From NCBI GenBank assembly GCA_038496445.1, contig JALMLS010000015.1, positions 1-64,000 on the forward strand: DNA of 64,000 nt, read 5' to 3'. Source of the DNA: Trichosphaerium sp. ATCC 40318. Its lineage: Eukaryota; Protista; Tubulinea. How positions within the stretch are numbered: position 1 is the first letter of the stretch; each line of letters opens with the position of its first letter. A program made the position numbers and the translations under genes. The notes below the pieces were generated by a model. It ran no database searches. It was not told the DNA's origin and worked only from the letters and a program-made list of their open reading frames with translations. Positions 40,820 through 54,693 of the stretch are shown piece by piece.

Positions 40820-43800
40820 TCAAGCGTTCTGCATCTTACTCCATCCCTTTTGGAGATCAGCAAGTTGATCTTCAGATGCGGCAGTCAATTGTTCAGCAGC
40901 TTCTTCTAAAGCCTAAAAAAGAAAACTTAACACAAACTTGCGAATCTTTAAAAAAAAAAGAAACTTACTCTCAAGTCATTAAATGCATCCTCTAGAGTAT
41001 CACGTTGCTCAGTTTCAAGAGCTTCACGATCCCAAGGCTTCTCTAGTTGTCCCAAAAGACTATTAAAGTCAATATCACTAGTAGTATCAACAGAGTAGTC
41101 AGGTTGCATTTGTTGACCGTTTACTTCCAACTGCAAACCAGCGCCATAAACGCTAATTTGAAGGTTAATTTAGTCAAGTGTGCTTTTGACATACTGTGCT
41201 GGTGCAGGCGTAGGCTCTGGTTTATCCGTATCAGCAAGTGTGTTGAGGTTGGTTGCAATGTTATCAAGCTCACTCTTCGATAGAGAGTATAAATCTAGTG
41301 CGCCAGAGTTATTAAATAAATTGATGATGATTTTTGTAGGTTACAACACTTACCAGATGGTACATCTTGAGTGATTTTAGAATTTATTTCCTTTGCTACT
41401 CTAGGTGTACCTGTGGCGGTGGTTTGCCTTAAGTCAAGTTGAAATCCACCACTGACCTAAAATGAAGTTACAAAGAAGAGGAAAAGCTTGAAAAAATACA
41501 AAAAAATAGCTACCTGTTCAGAACTGCTAGATGAGCTGGACCTATCTGAGCTCTCTTCTAACCAGTCACCAACATTTGAACTACGTTGAGAGTAATTCAT
41601 ATCTCCAGTAGCCCGTCCCGAAGTCTAAAAACGTAATCAGAAAAACTAAAAAAACAAACGAAAAAAATAAGAATAAAGCCGTATTGCCACATACCAAGTT
41701 AGGTACGCCACTCGATGATTTAGATACTTGCATTCCAGGCGAACTTAAAATCTTCATAAGTGGTGGGTATACAGGTGGTGTCTATAATAAACGTCAGCAT
41801 AACCAGAGAAAAAAGAAAAACTAAAAACAAGAACGCACAGGTCTTTCTTGAACTTGTACATTTGTCTGCATTTGAGGGTGCAAAGATTTCCTTTGATGAG
41901 CTCTCTTATTATGTGGTTTTGGTGGATCACGGAAACCAACATCAGAGCTTGCTTTAACAGCAAGATTTGGAGGTCTCACTTTCGGTTTAACACTGTGATT
42001 TCCCCATATTTTTTTAGGCATAGGTATTGCTCTATGCTTTACAGGTGCCTGTACAATTGTTGGTCAGTAACAAAAATAAAAAAAACAAAAGTCCAGTGGA
42101 GACAGCACTAAACAATGAGTAGAATAATATTTCGTTCTTTGAAAGAGTAAAAAGGTTTCACAGAAACTTACTTTCTTAACCTGAGGTGGTCTTTTCTTAA
42201 CAGCAACAGGTCTTTTTCTAGGCCCTTTCTTTACACCAGGTGCGTAAGGATACTTCTTAACACCACTAGTTGCTTTCTTCATAGCAGGCCTAAAGTCACC
42301 AGACTTCTTGTATGCAGCAGGTGGTGGCCTTTTTTTAGCTGCGCCAAACTTAGGACGTGCTACTAATCCTTGACGTGTGTGAGACATGTTCCCAGAATTA
42401 CCAAGCGCTAAACACATGAGTTATTTCCATGTCAATTAAAGTAAAGAAAGCTTCACCATCAATGATGACGTACCAACAGTTGGTGTGTTGAATCTAGAAA
42501 ATCTCGATGGTTGTTTTTTACCTGGGCGCATTGAATTACGTATTTTTTCTCTTTTATTCCTTTTTCTAGCTTCTTCCATAGCAGTCCTAACTTTTTTGAG
42601 CTACTAGTCCAACAAAAAACAAAGAAAAACAACGTACTTGACTTCCCGTTCTTTTGGTGATAACACCAATTCATCACGAGACCTAGAACTAAGTACATGA
42701 TTAGATATCTACCTCTCACTACCTACAGAAGGAGAAAAAAAAAAAGAACGTACAATTTGGCTGTTTGGTATGATTTCTTGGTGTTTACTCCAATTTTTGT
42801 AGATTGGCGCACTCCACCAAGTCTAACGAAGCCTGCAGGAGCGTCACCAGTTTCGTTATTATTATTACTGTCGACTAAGTCGCCAGTGATATGAAAACTC
42901 TGTGAATTCTCACCATGTACTACTTAAGTAGATTAATACAACCTGGTTAAAAGGACATATTAAGCTTAAAGAAAACATACCAGTAACACCAACAGTTGAA
43001 CGCCGTTCTTTTAAATCTGCACGTGATCCAGTAAGAGGACGTCTTCTATTTCTTTCCTCATTACTATTTGTTCTCTTTCTTCTTTTAAGCTTAATATAAA
43101 GCTCTGGAACCCAACCAACATTGCCTTCATATTCACACTCAGCCCATCCATTGCATCTTACAGTATTATTAGAATACATAGAAGCAAAGCAAATATGCAT
43201 TTTTATAAGCATACCCATCTCCATAGAGAAGTACATTAACCATTTTACCCTTCTCTAAACGTAATTTTCTATCATCTGAAGGATTTGGATCATAATTGTA
43301 AAGTGCAACGGCTTTGATCTTACTGGCTCTAACTCTCTTCTTACCTCGCTTATCCTTGGGCGAGTTTATAATAGGAGCCTTTGGAGAACCAATACCCACA
43401 CTAATAGCTGCAGAAGCATCTACACTTACAGCCTCGACTCTTGGGCTAACATTTGCTGAGGATACTTTCTTTGGTCCTACAAGTACTGGAGCAGATACAC
43501 CAGCTCTGACAGGAGCAGGTTTAACCTAAAATGACACGATTAGTGTCATACAACGCCAAATAGCTTAATTTAAAACTTACCTCAATATCTTCTTTAACTT
43601 CGATATTAGCATCAACTTCATCATCAACATCAAATTGAAAGCCCTTAGGAGCCTCTCCTATAGTCATACGCCTCCTACTCTTCTTTTTTGCAGCTTTTTT
43701 CCTTGAACCCATGCTACCATCTGTAGTCTGTCGTCTGTAGTGCTTGCCTCGTTTCCTAATCACACATGTTAATTAAAACAAACATGTGGAATTCATGCCA

Positions 43801-44875
43801 AAATGCTTTGCGAAAAAACCGGTACTCTTTCTTATCCTTCTTTTTCTTTTCTTTTTTTTCTTTTTTTATCTTCTCTTTCTTTTCCTTCTTATCTTTCTTC
43901 TTTTCCTTCTTATCCTTCTTTTTCTTGCCCTTCTTTCCTTTACCATCCACTTGAACCTCAGCATTGAACGACACATCACGTGTATGTTTATCCTTTGATT
44001 TTTTTGACTTTTTGTCTAGTGCAACGAACATTAACATCTAAAGACAAAAACAAGAAAAACCTGTCACAGGGTTTGTGTCAAGAAATTATTTTACCTTTTT
44101 TCTTGGACTTTTTTGAACTTTTGGATCCACCACTTGTATTTGATTCGCCAACGCTCAAATCAGCTTTTAAACCAAACATAGGGGTTTCTCCTTGTCCACT
44201 ACCAGATACAGCCAAAGAAGGAGTTGATACATTAAGTTTAGGTGAAGATACAGCGACGTCTACTTCAGCACTCGCTTAAAAAAACAATTACAAAAAAAGA
44301 AACGACAGAAAAAGTTTTCTCCTCATTTTTCGTTACCTTCCACTTGTGGCGTATCATCTGGTGTAGCTTCTTCATCCAGACCTGACGAAATTGGGTTTCC
44401 ACTCCAAGTTATCTCAAGTTCTGCGCTGGGTCCAGCGCCACTGCCGCCTGTAGCGTCAATTTCAGCAGTGAGTGCTGCAACTGCAATATCGGCGTTAAAT
44501 TCTGGTTCTGGTTCTGGTTCGTTGTGTAGCGGTTGTGTTACGTTTCCTTGCTCAATGGCAACGTATGATGACGGAAACCACCCAATTTCCCCATTTAAAT
44601 CTCCCTGTTGCGCCAAATTCAGTATAAAACGCACACTACATGAAGAGTCGTAAAGAAATGATGTGTACCTCACTCCAACCATTGAATTCCGTGCCATGTC
44701 GTAGTAAAACGACACGGTCTCCTTCGTTAATTTTTAGCTTCCCTGTGGCCCCATCAGGGTCATAATCCTAGGAAATGACGGGTAAAACATTGAAGCAGAC
44801 CAGAGTTTTCGGTTTTTATTTTTGAGAGAAACTGCGTACATGCAACACTACCGCTGACGCGTACTCGGTGGCCAT
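40820..44875 (-). CDS. Double-SH3 adaptor protein with Lys-rich and Pro-rich regions and a C-terminal helix, multi-exon
   Basis: SH3-1 LH|DYDPDG..GDLNGEIGWFPSSYV; SH3-2 AVALYNYDP..NGWAECEYEGNVGWVPELYI; KKDKKEKK tract; stop TGA 40820-40822. Confidence 0.8.
43825..43945 (-). repeat. Low-complexity Lys/Glu/Asp coding tract
   Basis: KGKKGKKKKDKKEKKKDKKEKKEKIKKEKKEKKKKDKKE. Confidence 0.85.
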
Positions 44876-45285
44876 TCCTGAAAGGTAATTTAGTTTATTG
44901 TGCACAACAGCTATCACGCCGAAAACTTTGAGTAAAGCCAAGATAAAAGATATCTACAAGGCACTCGAAAGCAATAACTCGAATCTTGGCAGTATTCCAA
45001 AAAAATACAATTTGAAAGTGTAAAAGCGATCACAACTTGTAAATAAGTGTACCAGCAGTGCAGTTTGAGGTGGCGACAACAATTGTATTGTTTTAGAAAG
45101 TAATTGACTCTGCCTTTCTCGGTTTGCGTTTACGGTTTAATAAAAAATCATCTCTTGGTTTGTTTTGTTTTATTATTCACTTTATACAACACTAACATAC
45201 AAAACAATTAACCCAAGCAAAAAACTTATGGTCTCAATAGCGTCAACTCGTTTTTCGAGATATCTTACGCCAATCCTAACCAGTC

Positions 45286-45603
45286 TCATGAGTTTACAAA
45301 TGACATTTTATGTTTTTCCGCACCGAGGGCTTTTTCCGCTTTGGCTACTTCCAAAACATTCATATCCTTTGCGTATATCTGATTAACCATCGCTTGTCGC
45401 CTTACAACTTCGAGTTGTTGTTTTGCGTTGAATAACAGCTGCTTTATCGTCGCAGGGTCTGATTGGCCCTTATTGGCTCTAAAATCTTCCATAGCCCTTC
45501 GTTGTACGTAACTTTTAAAATTGTATGTACGAAACTGACTTGCACTACGCAAGAAGCCTCTGTAGTAATTCAATGCTAATGATCGCGTAACTGGAGTGGC
45601 CAT
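45286..45603 (-). CDS. LYRM4: LYR-motif protein LYRM4/Isd11 (Fe-S cluster assembly)
   Basis: YYRGFLRSASQFRTYNFKSYVQRRAMEDFRANK..LEVVRRQAMVNQIY; intronless. Confidence 0.9.
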   Translation of the reverse strand: MATPVTRSLALNYYRGFLRSASQFRTYNFKSYVQRRAMEDFRANKGQSDPATIKQLLFNAKQQLEVVRRQAMVNQIYAKDMNVLEVAKAEKALGAEKHKMSFVNS

Positions 45604-45846
45604 TCTTTTGTTATACTTTCGCGTGGAATATTTTGAGTGCCAAATCTGTTAAGTCATTTGGAAACTACTTTGTCAGAGCACATTGTGATACTGTAACTAT
45701 GAGAATTGTTTGCAATCAGTGATGCAAGCTCTAATACTGCACCTTGTCAAGTGACATTTTGGCGAAATTTTTGTAAAAATTGAAAACCACAAAAAAAGCA
45801 ATAGTACAACGTTTAGTTTTATTTACAAAACGCCCAGAAGCCTTTT

Positions 45847-47046
45847 TTAAGCGTCTTCATAGTTCTCTGGACCACGGTAGAGATCGTAAATGGCAAACAC
45901 AAAAAATAGGAGAGCTCCTGCTATTGTCACTTGTTTGACAGAAATTCTTGAAGCCAAGAGTTTACCACCAATGACAGCCAGAGCAGTACAAAAACAATGA
46001 CCAATTACAGCACCTTAAAAAAAACTAACATTAAAATCAAGCACGTGAAATATTTTGCTAACCTGCTGTTACACCGTATGGGTCTTTTGCTGCAGCTAGC
46101 GCTATTGTAGTTATTTGTGACCGGTCACCAACTTCAGCAAAGAATGTGAGAATAAATGCCTGGTAATAGTACGTTAGTCAGAATAACACAATTCACGTGC
46201 GACGGAAAATGTCAAAAAAATTTCGTACTTGAATAAAAATTGGCGATAGGCAAGTCATTGATTTAATGGCATTGTTGCTGAAACGATCTACCCAAGACTC
46301 TTCAGGTTTTACTGCGCTCTTAGCCTCAATATCATCGTCCCCTTTGTGCTCAAGTTGAGCTGTCACCTCTTCAAACTCTTCATTTGCTTCCTGACAGGCA
46401 GATATTGTAAATTTTGTAGCTCCAAGCATCATTGTACCTCTTTTGTCATGCGTAGGCCTTCCCAAAGTAATTTAATGCCGAAACCAAAAAATAATGCTAC
46501 AGCAAGGTAGTGCGTATAAGTGTGTGGTATAAATTGAGGCAGAGCGTAGCCAAGTGTAGACGACAAAACTAAACATACACGTAAGTAAAAAGTGTTGATT
46601 TAGTGCGATAATACCTGTCATCAAAGCTAGAGCGCCGGCAGCGCCCATGAATATTGTAACGCGAGGGTGACGCATTGCCATAATTGCAGCAATGAAAAAC
46701 GTTTTGTCTCCAAGTTCTGACACTATGATCATTGCTAATCCTGCTATGAATCCCTGCAAATTGTAAATGACTTGGTGCGTTTTGAACGCTTTTACAAAAT
46801 AATTGCAACGTCGTCAATTAGAATTGCTGTAATACCTGTACGAGAGCGTCTGCTTCTTCTCCAATAATATCTTGATATTTATTAGTACATTTCACACCAA
46901 ACGCATAATAATGTACCGTGCAATTCTAAGCCTGGCACATCGTCGCTTGCGGCACTGTTTTGTACTTTAACAGGCTTGGTGTCAACTGCGAATGCATAAG
47001 CGCAAACCAGTGCCGTTATGGCAACAATACACAGCACTCTACTCAT
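45847..47046 (-). CDS. TMEM165: GDT1/TMEM165 (UPF0016) Ca/Mn transporter with signal peptide
   Basis: SELGDKTFFIAAIMAMRH and AEVGDRSQITTIALAA motifs. Confidence 0.92.
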
Positions 47047-47297
47047 TTGTAAATTAAAAGCCAAATAAAAAATTTCTGAATAGAAATCCACAGCGCTCAA
47101 AAAATGCAGTCAATGGAGGTCTTAATGTTACGAGTTACGAGACTTATTCGTAGATAGCCTCCGTAGTACCTCCATTACCCCTAAAAACACCCACGCAGAA
47201 ACGGACAAATTGTTTAACAACAATTTCGTTTACAATTGCATTTAATTCCTCAGCGTGTATGCACCGTAGATGTCATCGCTTCAAAACACGAAACCAA

Positions 47298-50200
47298 ATG
47301 TCTGAAATAGAAACCTTACCAGCATCCAAACGTCCAAAGACAACCGTTCAGGTCTTTGACCAAGCCCCACGCGCCAATGTTATGGAACCTCAAGGTTGGG
47401 GCAGTACGCACAAGCGAACAATGGTAGTAAATGATGCTTCATCAAGTCAACCACAGAAAAAACGTCCAAAGGTACCATAGCGCATGCAACGTGCAAGAAC
47501 AGAGTGTAAAGGCTCCAGATGAAGTTCTTTGCCGCATTTTTTGTAAATGTTTTTTGTAAAATTTTTTTTTTGTTGCAAGTACCCTCTAACGTCATAAAAA
47601 GGTGGAGTATGTATGTGAGGGCTGCGGAAAAATTATGGACAGCTCGCAAAGAAAAGCAGCTCATTGCAAAGGATGTCAAGTAAGTCATCCCACCATTCTC
47701 TAGAACAAATCACCACTTCGTTAGTTCACGGAGAATCCTGACATTTCCTTAGCCGTATCAAAAGTGGAAATACGGTGATGCATATCACCGTAAGCGCAAT
47801 AACAGGACGAAACGCAAGCCTAGACGTAGTGATTACGACACTACTTATAATTTTTCTGGACGAGAGACAGCTAAGAGGGTAGGAAACCGCCAACGAACAA
47901 CAAGAATAATTTATCAAAAAAAAATTAACTTATTTCTAGCGACGTAGCGCAAAATTAATTCCAATATATGGCTACAATGATATCTCTTGGATAGGTCCTC
48001 CGATTGAGTCGAGTAATGGTGCGTTTACTCGCTACACAGAAGAGTTTTTTTTAATTACAAGCTTTAGATGAAATAGGCGAAGATATGCATTACCCTGGTG
48101 TTGTATATGGCAATACGCGATACTATCTTGGTAAACTATGACGCTGAAGAAATTAAATTTTCTCACAAAAAAATTTGTAGGCGACTCCGTTTATCTTACC
48201 AGCGATAATGATGTCCCTTTTTTTGGAGAGATAACTGCTTTTACTGAAAGCGATGGCAGACCTCTTGTACAAACTGTGTACGTATTTGTTTTATCTTTTT
48301 TGATTTTTTTGTTTTTTTTCAACTATTTTTTTTTCGGTTTCTTTTTTAGGTTCGGCGAAGAATTATTTTTTTCTGATAACCTTGTAGATGGTATAATCGA
48401 TGGAGGGACCTTTCTGATGAAGCTATCGCAAAACACCCCGATGGTGGAAACCCAAACCCAAAAGAAGTTTTTGCTGGTTTCGAAAATGATACAAACCCAG
48501 TTGAGACCATAAGTTCGTATTGTTTATGCTTAAATAACATGCTTACGTATTTTTTAGTCAGTAAATGCAATGTTAAACCCTTAATTAAGATAAAAGATTT
48601 GTCAAGTTGGAAAACTCAAAAAGACCATTTTTTTTATCGGTATGACGGCCACAGGCTATTTCAATTTTTCTCTGGTTCTTCTCAACGTATACGTATTTAT
48701 AATGTGTTTAGTTTTTACTATTTGAATGGTGAGTTCTATGGCAAGGACGGCGTTTTATCTGAAGAAGAGAGAAATCTTATTGAAGGAAACAATACCGAGA
48801 ACCCCTATGGCGGTGATGCCTATAAAAACATTAGGCATCGTAGCTCTAAGCGCGGTAAGTAAAATACGTAAACCGTCAAAAAAGACTCATAAAAAACCTT
48901 CAGAAAGTGGTGCTCAGCCAACTGGAGATACTTGTAGTTGTATGCATGATGATAATTCTGCCGAGAAATTGCAGTACTTTCACTCAGCGGGAGACAACGG
49001 CGCTACATATACCATGTATCGCTGTATGCCATATAGAGATAGCTCTCAACCATTCGAGATGCAGGTACGTACTAACCTACAAAACTAGAAACACAAAAAA
49101 AAAAAAAGAATGTTTCTCCGTTAAAAAATTTCTCCGACTTGTGATATTTTCCTATGCCGTTGTAACTTTGTAACATTATTAGATATGGAGCAATGTCGGT
49201 TTTTTGATGGACTTTCATTCTCATCTTTCTCAAAACGAAGTTATTGGTATGCTTGCTGGTCGTTGGAATAAGGAAACAAAAAGTACGTTAGCGTCATCAC
49301 AATTTTTTTTTAATCTCGTTTTGCCTTGTTCCACAAAATTGCTACTCCGAACTTTTTTTTTCCACTTTAAACCGGCGAGTGTTTAGTGTACTACGCCTAC
49401 TTTTATGTGGCCAAAATACCTCTTCACATCGCTTCTCATAAGATTAGAACTGGATATCATACGCGCATACCCTGGACAGATTGCTAGTGGGACAGGAGAT
49501 GATATGAACGTTGAGTTTGATGTTATTTCGCAAGTAGCAACAAATGAGGAGATTCTAAACGCAGGAATGCAAGTAGTTGGTTGGTATCACTCCCATACAA
49601 ATTTTCACGTGAGTTCTATCGTATTAAAATTATGACGGGGTTGAAGTTGCAACTTCAAATCTTTTTTTGTTTCAAACATTCACTTACTTGTACCCAAGCC
49701 TGATCCATCCTATCGGGATATTGAAGTGCACACGAATCATCAAGTAATGTTTAATAATGATAACCAACCTTTTATTGGTGGTATCAATGGTAAGATATCT
49801 TGGTTTTTTTTCGTTTCCACGTGAAATTGCACGTGGTTTTTTTTTGAAACTTGTAAATTTTTTTTTTCCTTACCTTCTTTTCAAGGTACTTACGATGAGC
49901 GTCTTTTGACGCCAGAGTCTGTATGTAATTGGTTTTGTGTGAGGAGTTCAACCAAACCTGGTGCACAAGGTATACCTATGAAGCTTTTCTTTGAAGAAGT
50001 TAAGCAGGATGCACTTACAGACCACGAATTAAAGACAATTGTACGTTCGCAAATTTCCTAGTTTTGGACTTCTTACCAGAAAACCAATCCTTGGCGGATA
50101 CTTCTGTCATTGGATTACGATCCATTACAATGCGTACCCTAAGAGAGTCTTGTTGAGTACCTCAACTCAGCGTTAATCCTTTGAGGATCCCTTGAATAAG

Positions 50201-50963
50201 CTTTTTTTGGGTTTGATTTTAGCTTGTTGATTGTTTTATCATTTAGGAAGAATTGATCAATCGTTATAAGAATGATCCATCAAAGACTGACTTTAAGGAA
50301 GTGTGGCGGTATGAGAAAAACCAAGATGCAGGCGAAGAGTCATCTACAAAGTCAAGTAACTCTGGTGGTGATTCAGGAAGTTCCAAGACTAGTACAAGTT
50401 CTAGTGAGGAGAATAAGGAAGTTTCACGTACGTGCTTTACCTTCTATTTCTGGACTGTTTTGGAAAACGAAAAGTTTTTTGAAATTACTTTTTTACGAGC
50501 TCGTAAATTGATGGTTTAAGTCATTTCTACTGGTTGTACATTATCTATTACACACTTAAAAATGGTGCAAGGGATTCACCCTTTAAACCAATTGAATACT
50601 GTTTTGAAGCCTTCTTTTCTATTTTTTTTCTTGTTTTTATTTTTGCATGAGTTGTACTAACTTTTTGATTTTAAAGAAAGCGAAGCTCCAACAAAGAGTC
50701 TTCAAGAATTATTTATTCAAGTTAGAAAAGCTGAGAAAAAGATTAGACGTATAAAGGCTAAGATAAGCGAGATTGAAGATCAAGAACAGCGTGATGCTGA
50801 ACGTGCTGAGTTAGCTAAAGGGACACCTGTAACTTTTGCTGATAAGCTTCGATTTTCTTTATCAAAGAAGCTTCCTGAAGCTTATGGTTGTGATGAAACA
50901 GCTCTAATCGTGGAGAATATTCTTAAACGTGTTGAGCTCGCTTGGAAGAACCCTGGACATTGA
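47298..50963 (+). CDS. BAH + MPN/JAMM domain protein (MPND/MYSM1-like deubiquitinase), multi-exon
   Basis: BAH: GDSVYLTS..FFGEITAF..WYNR..EVF..NPVETI|SKCNV; MPN: MDFHSHLSQNEVIGMLAG..GWYHSH..PSYRDI. Confidence 0.8.
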
Positions 50964-51633
50964 CATTGATATTGATATTTTTGGCCTTTGTCTTGATTTT
51001 TTTGGTTCCATCAAAAAAAATAGAAAAAAAAAATATGTAAATGATTTTCACGTTGTGTACGGTGTGGATGATTTTATAATTATCTAATATCTTTGCACAA
51101 CTAATCCCTATATGTGGAGAATAATGTATATTAATAACTTGGATCGGTGGTGTAAATAAAAAAAAATTGTGTTATCCTTTGTATACTACAAATCTCTTAA
51201 TTAACAGCCCGATTACGGACCTCACAGTCACAGCGTATCAATAGCAAGCGCCTAATTTGTCAATATCATAGCACAGTGGGCACATTAAACTGTGGCGAAG
51301 CTTTCATATCGTGTTTGCAAACGCAGGAAGCCATTGACTTTTATATGTCGAAAAAGTACTTATTTTCGTTTGGACATAACTCATAACTACATGTTCCACT
51401 GTTCTCCTGAGGCGCACTAATGAACGAACACATATCATAAATTAACAGGAATTATTAGAATTTACTGTAGAGTGTGTTATAGTCTTTAAACATAAGCAAT
51501 ATTAAATATCTACCAAAAACTTGCTATATTTAGAAACAACTTGCTAGAAATGGAAAGATTGAAATGTCAAAAAACGTTATTCAAAAACTTACGCAACCAA
51601 CAACACCACACCTCTTAAAAACAACTATAAACT

Positions 51634-53178
51634 ATGGAACCTGAACCACAGAGAAGAGTACGCTACTTTTGCGAACAAACTAGCAACCACAGAGCTAAAC
51701 TAACAAGAGTGTAGTTTAACGGCGTACCTGCAATGACTTCATTAACATCAATCCCTGGAGAATTGCAAAGGCATATGATGGCTCTAGATCATAGACTGGA
51801 CATCATATGGCCATTGATATCCAAACAAGCGGCTATATCAACACGCTATGACTGTGAATTGAAGCGGCACAGGACGTGGAAAAGATGGAGTGGAGATGCA
51901 CAACTTATCGCTCAGTATCTTTTCAAGAACGGTAAACCAGTAGGCAAGGGTAATGAATGGGTAGATGGTGTCGTAGTATCAGAGTCGAACTATGTCGAAG
52001 GCCATTCACATGGGAACTGCAACACGTATTTTAAAAGTGGGCAATTGAAGTGCCATCTGCCTTACGTCAACGGAAAAAGAGAAGGAGAGTTTCAGCGCTA
52101 TTACGAGAATGGACAATTGTTAGAATCCGGTATGTATGGCAACGACAAGCGACAAGGATTGTATAAGCGGTATTACGAGGATGGAAAATTGGCTGAGAGC
52201 TGTATGTACAGAGACTATAACCTAGAAGGAGAGCGGACTATCTTCCTGAAAAAAGGGGAGTGCTACTACTGTTCTGAGTGCTGTACTTACGCCAACGATA
52301 AGCGTAACGGGCCCTGCAAGACTTACCGAATCGATGGGGTATTATATGAGGATTTTGTATATGCCAACGGTGTGCTACACGGGCCACATCGGAGATGGCA
52401 CAGCAATGGTAATGTTATGATTCTCACCAATTTTGTATACGGAATCAAACACGGGGAGTGCAAGTTTTGGCATTCCAATGGTAACTTGGAAAGGCAACTC
52501 AACCTTGTGAACAACGTACAGCAAGGAGAGAACAAGGGGTATTTTGAGGATGGTACTTTATGGCAACACTCGGACTATGAGAACGACAAACAAGATGGAT
52601 TATGTAGTCAATGGTATTCCAATGGTGAATTGGAGTACGAGTGCCACTATGCCAATGGCTTACTTCATGGCGAATTCAAGCAATATAGCGACAACGGCCA
52701 GCTTGTAGAGCACTTTCACTATGCTCAAGGTAAAAAGCACGGCGAAGGAAAAGTTTGGTATGATAATGGGACGTTAAAGGCTCATTATTATCACGTCAAC
52801 GGTAAATATAACAGAGAGAGGAAGGACTACTATGATAACGGACTTATAAAGGCTCATTGTCATTACCTCAATGGTGACTATCATGGACGGTCAAAGAAAT
52901 GGTTTGACAATGGTATAGTTTTAATGGATACTACATACTCAAACGGTTTAAAAGATGGAGCATACAGAGAATGGTACAAAACCGGTGTTTTGAGTGAGGA
53001 ATGTACATATAGAAACGGTAAAAAAGAAGGAGTTTTCAGGCAATGGAGTCCGGATAATTATTTGACAAAGGAATGCACCTTTGTCAATAATCATCTTGAT
53101 GGAGTACACACGTCGTATTCAGGAAGGCGCGGACCAATTATTACTTTGTACAAAGATGGTGAAAAAGTTGAGAAATAA
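51634..53178 (+). CDS. F-box-like + MORN-variant (YwqK-like) repeat protein; probable 24-nt first exon
   Basis: 481-aa ORF from 51733 with many YYENGQL/WHSNG..Y.NG..HG repeats; LTSIPGELQRHMM F-box-like start; ATG 51634 with intron 51658-51714 (GTACGC..CTAAC..TAG) stays in frame. Confidence 0.85.
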
Positions 53179-53239
53179 TTGACGTGGAGCTTGCAGAGAT
53201 CCTGTAAATTTAACTAAGAAAAAAATATCTTTTTATTCA

Positions 53240-54693
53240 CTAGCACAACGCTCTTTCAATGAACATATGTCTGTAAGTTGCAGGTTCAGCAGACTCCAAG
53301 TCGAACGATATGAGAGCATCAGTAGACAATTCAACGAAGCGAAGACCTGGCACTGCGTTGACACCTTCATTTGTCACATGCTCACAATATCTAATACCGA
53401 GCGCATGTACATTTTTTAGTGCTTTGATTCCTTTGTCTGTCACTGATGTGTCAGCTAGATTAATGGCATAAACGCCCGCTAGTGCTTTGATTCCTTTGTC
53501 TGTCACTGAAGTGTGGGAAAGGTCAATAGCATAAACACCTGCAAGCGCCTCAATACCCTCATCTGTAACTGAAGTATGCCCAAGGTGAATAGTATGAACT
53601 CCAGCAAGTGCTTTGATACCCTCATCTGTCACTAGTGTATCATCAAGGTAAATTGTATGAATACCTTTGAGTGTTTTAATACCTTCATCTGTCACTGAAG
53701 TACTACCGAGGTAAATAGCATGAACTACATTAAGTACTTTGAGACAGTCATCTGTTACTGATGTGTCAGCTAGATTGATTGTATGAACGCCACTTAGTGC
53801 TTTGATGCCTTCGTCTGTCACATTTGGACAGGCTACAAGGTGAATGGTATGAATGCCAGCAAGTGCTTTGACGCCATCATCTGATACTGAAGTCGAGCAA
53901 AGGTGTATTGTGTGAACCCCAGACAATGCCTTGATACCCTCATCTGTCACATGTTTACAACGGTCAAGACAAATAGTGTGGACACCTGCAAGCTCTTTAA
54001 GATCAAAGTCATTGATGACACTACTTTCTTTGTATGCTTCAGAGGTACTTCTTCTAAAATCTGTATCAATAGTACGACACCCAGATAACAAAGAAAATAA
54101 TGTATTGTTCTCTACTTTCATGACAACAGTAGTATTGTTCATTACACCGTTGTATTGTCTAACCTTGAGAATGTCTGGAATGTCATAAATGTAGATCTTC
54201 TTGTATCCAACAACATCGTGGATGATATCAGCCATCAAACGACAAGATTGAACAACAGCAAATCTTGTTTTTGCATCTGTATGATTTAGAATTGTTGAAA
54301 TAACTTCTGGTGGGAAATTGAGAATGTTCGGGGATGAAACTGTTGTATGTGATCTTAATTTAGTGCGTTAGTACACTTTAACCACACTATTTTTGTAACT
54401 TACATCTGTTTGCGCTTTGTTGCCTCTATATCATTGGATTGTGGACGCTTTGGCGTATGAGCGTTATTAGAATGCTCTTGACGCTGTTTGGTTATTTTAG
54501 AAACTGTTTCCGCGTTATTAAAGAGATACTCATCTAGTTGCACGATAAGGCTTGTGTTTGCATTGTTTAAGATGGTTTCAAGCTGGTTTATAAACGTTTT
54601 ATGTTGTTCTGTACTTATTTTACTCAACGTTTCACCATGGTTCTTTTTGTAGTATGAGATTACTTGCTCAACGGAAACACCCAGACAACTCAT
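53240..54693 (-). CDS. F-box + 21-22-aa LRR protein, 2 exons (intron 54354-54403)
   Basis: ORF 54400-54693 splices (GTAAGT..TACTAAC..AAG) in frame into ILNFPPEVISTILNHTD..SCRL (F-box), then about 11 VTDEGIKALAGVHTIxL repeats. Confidence 0.88.

Noticed and set aside
43766-43998. Phe/Leu-rich membrane-like ORFs on the + strand
   Set aside because: Antisense of the Lys-rich tract in the SH3 gene
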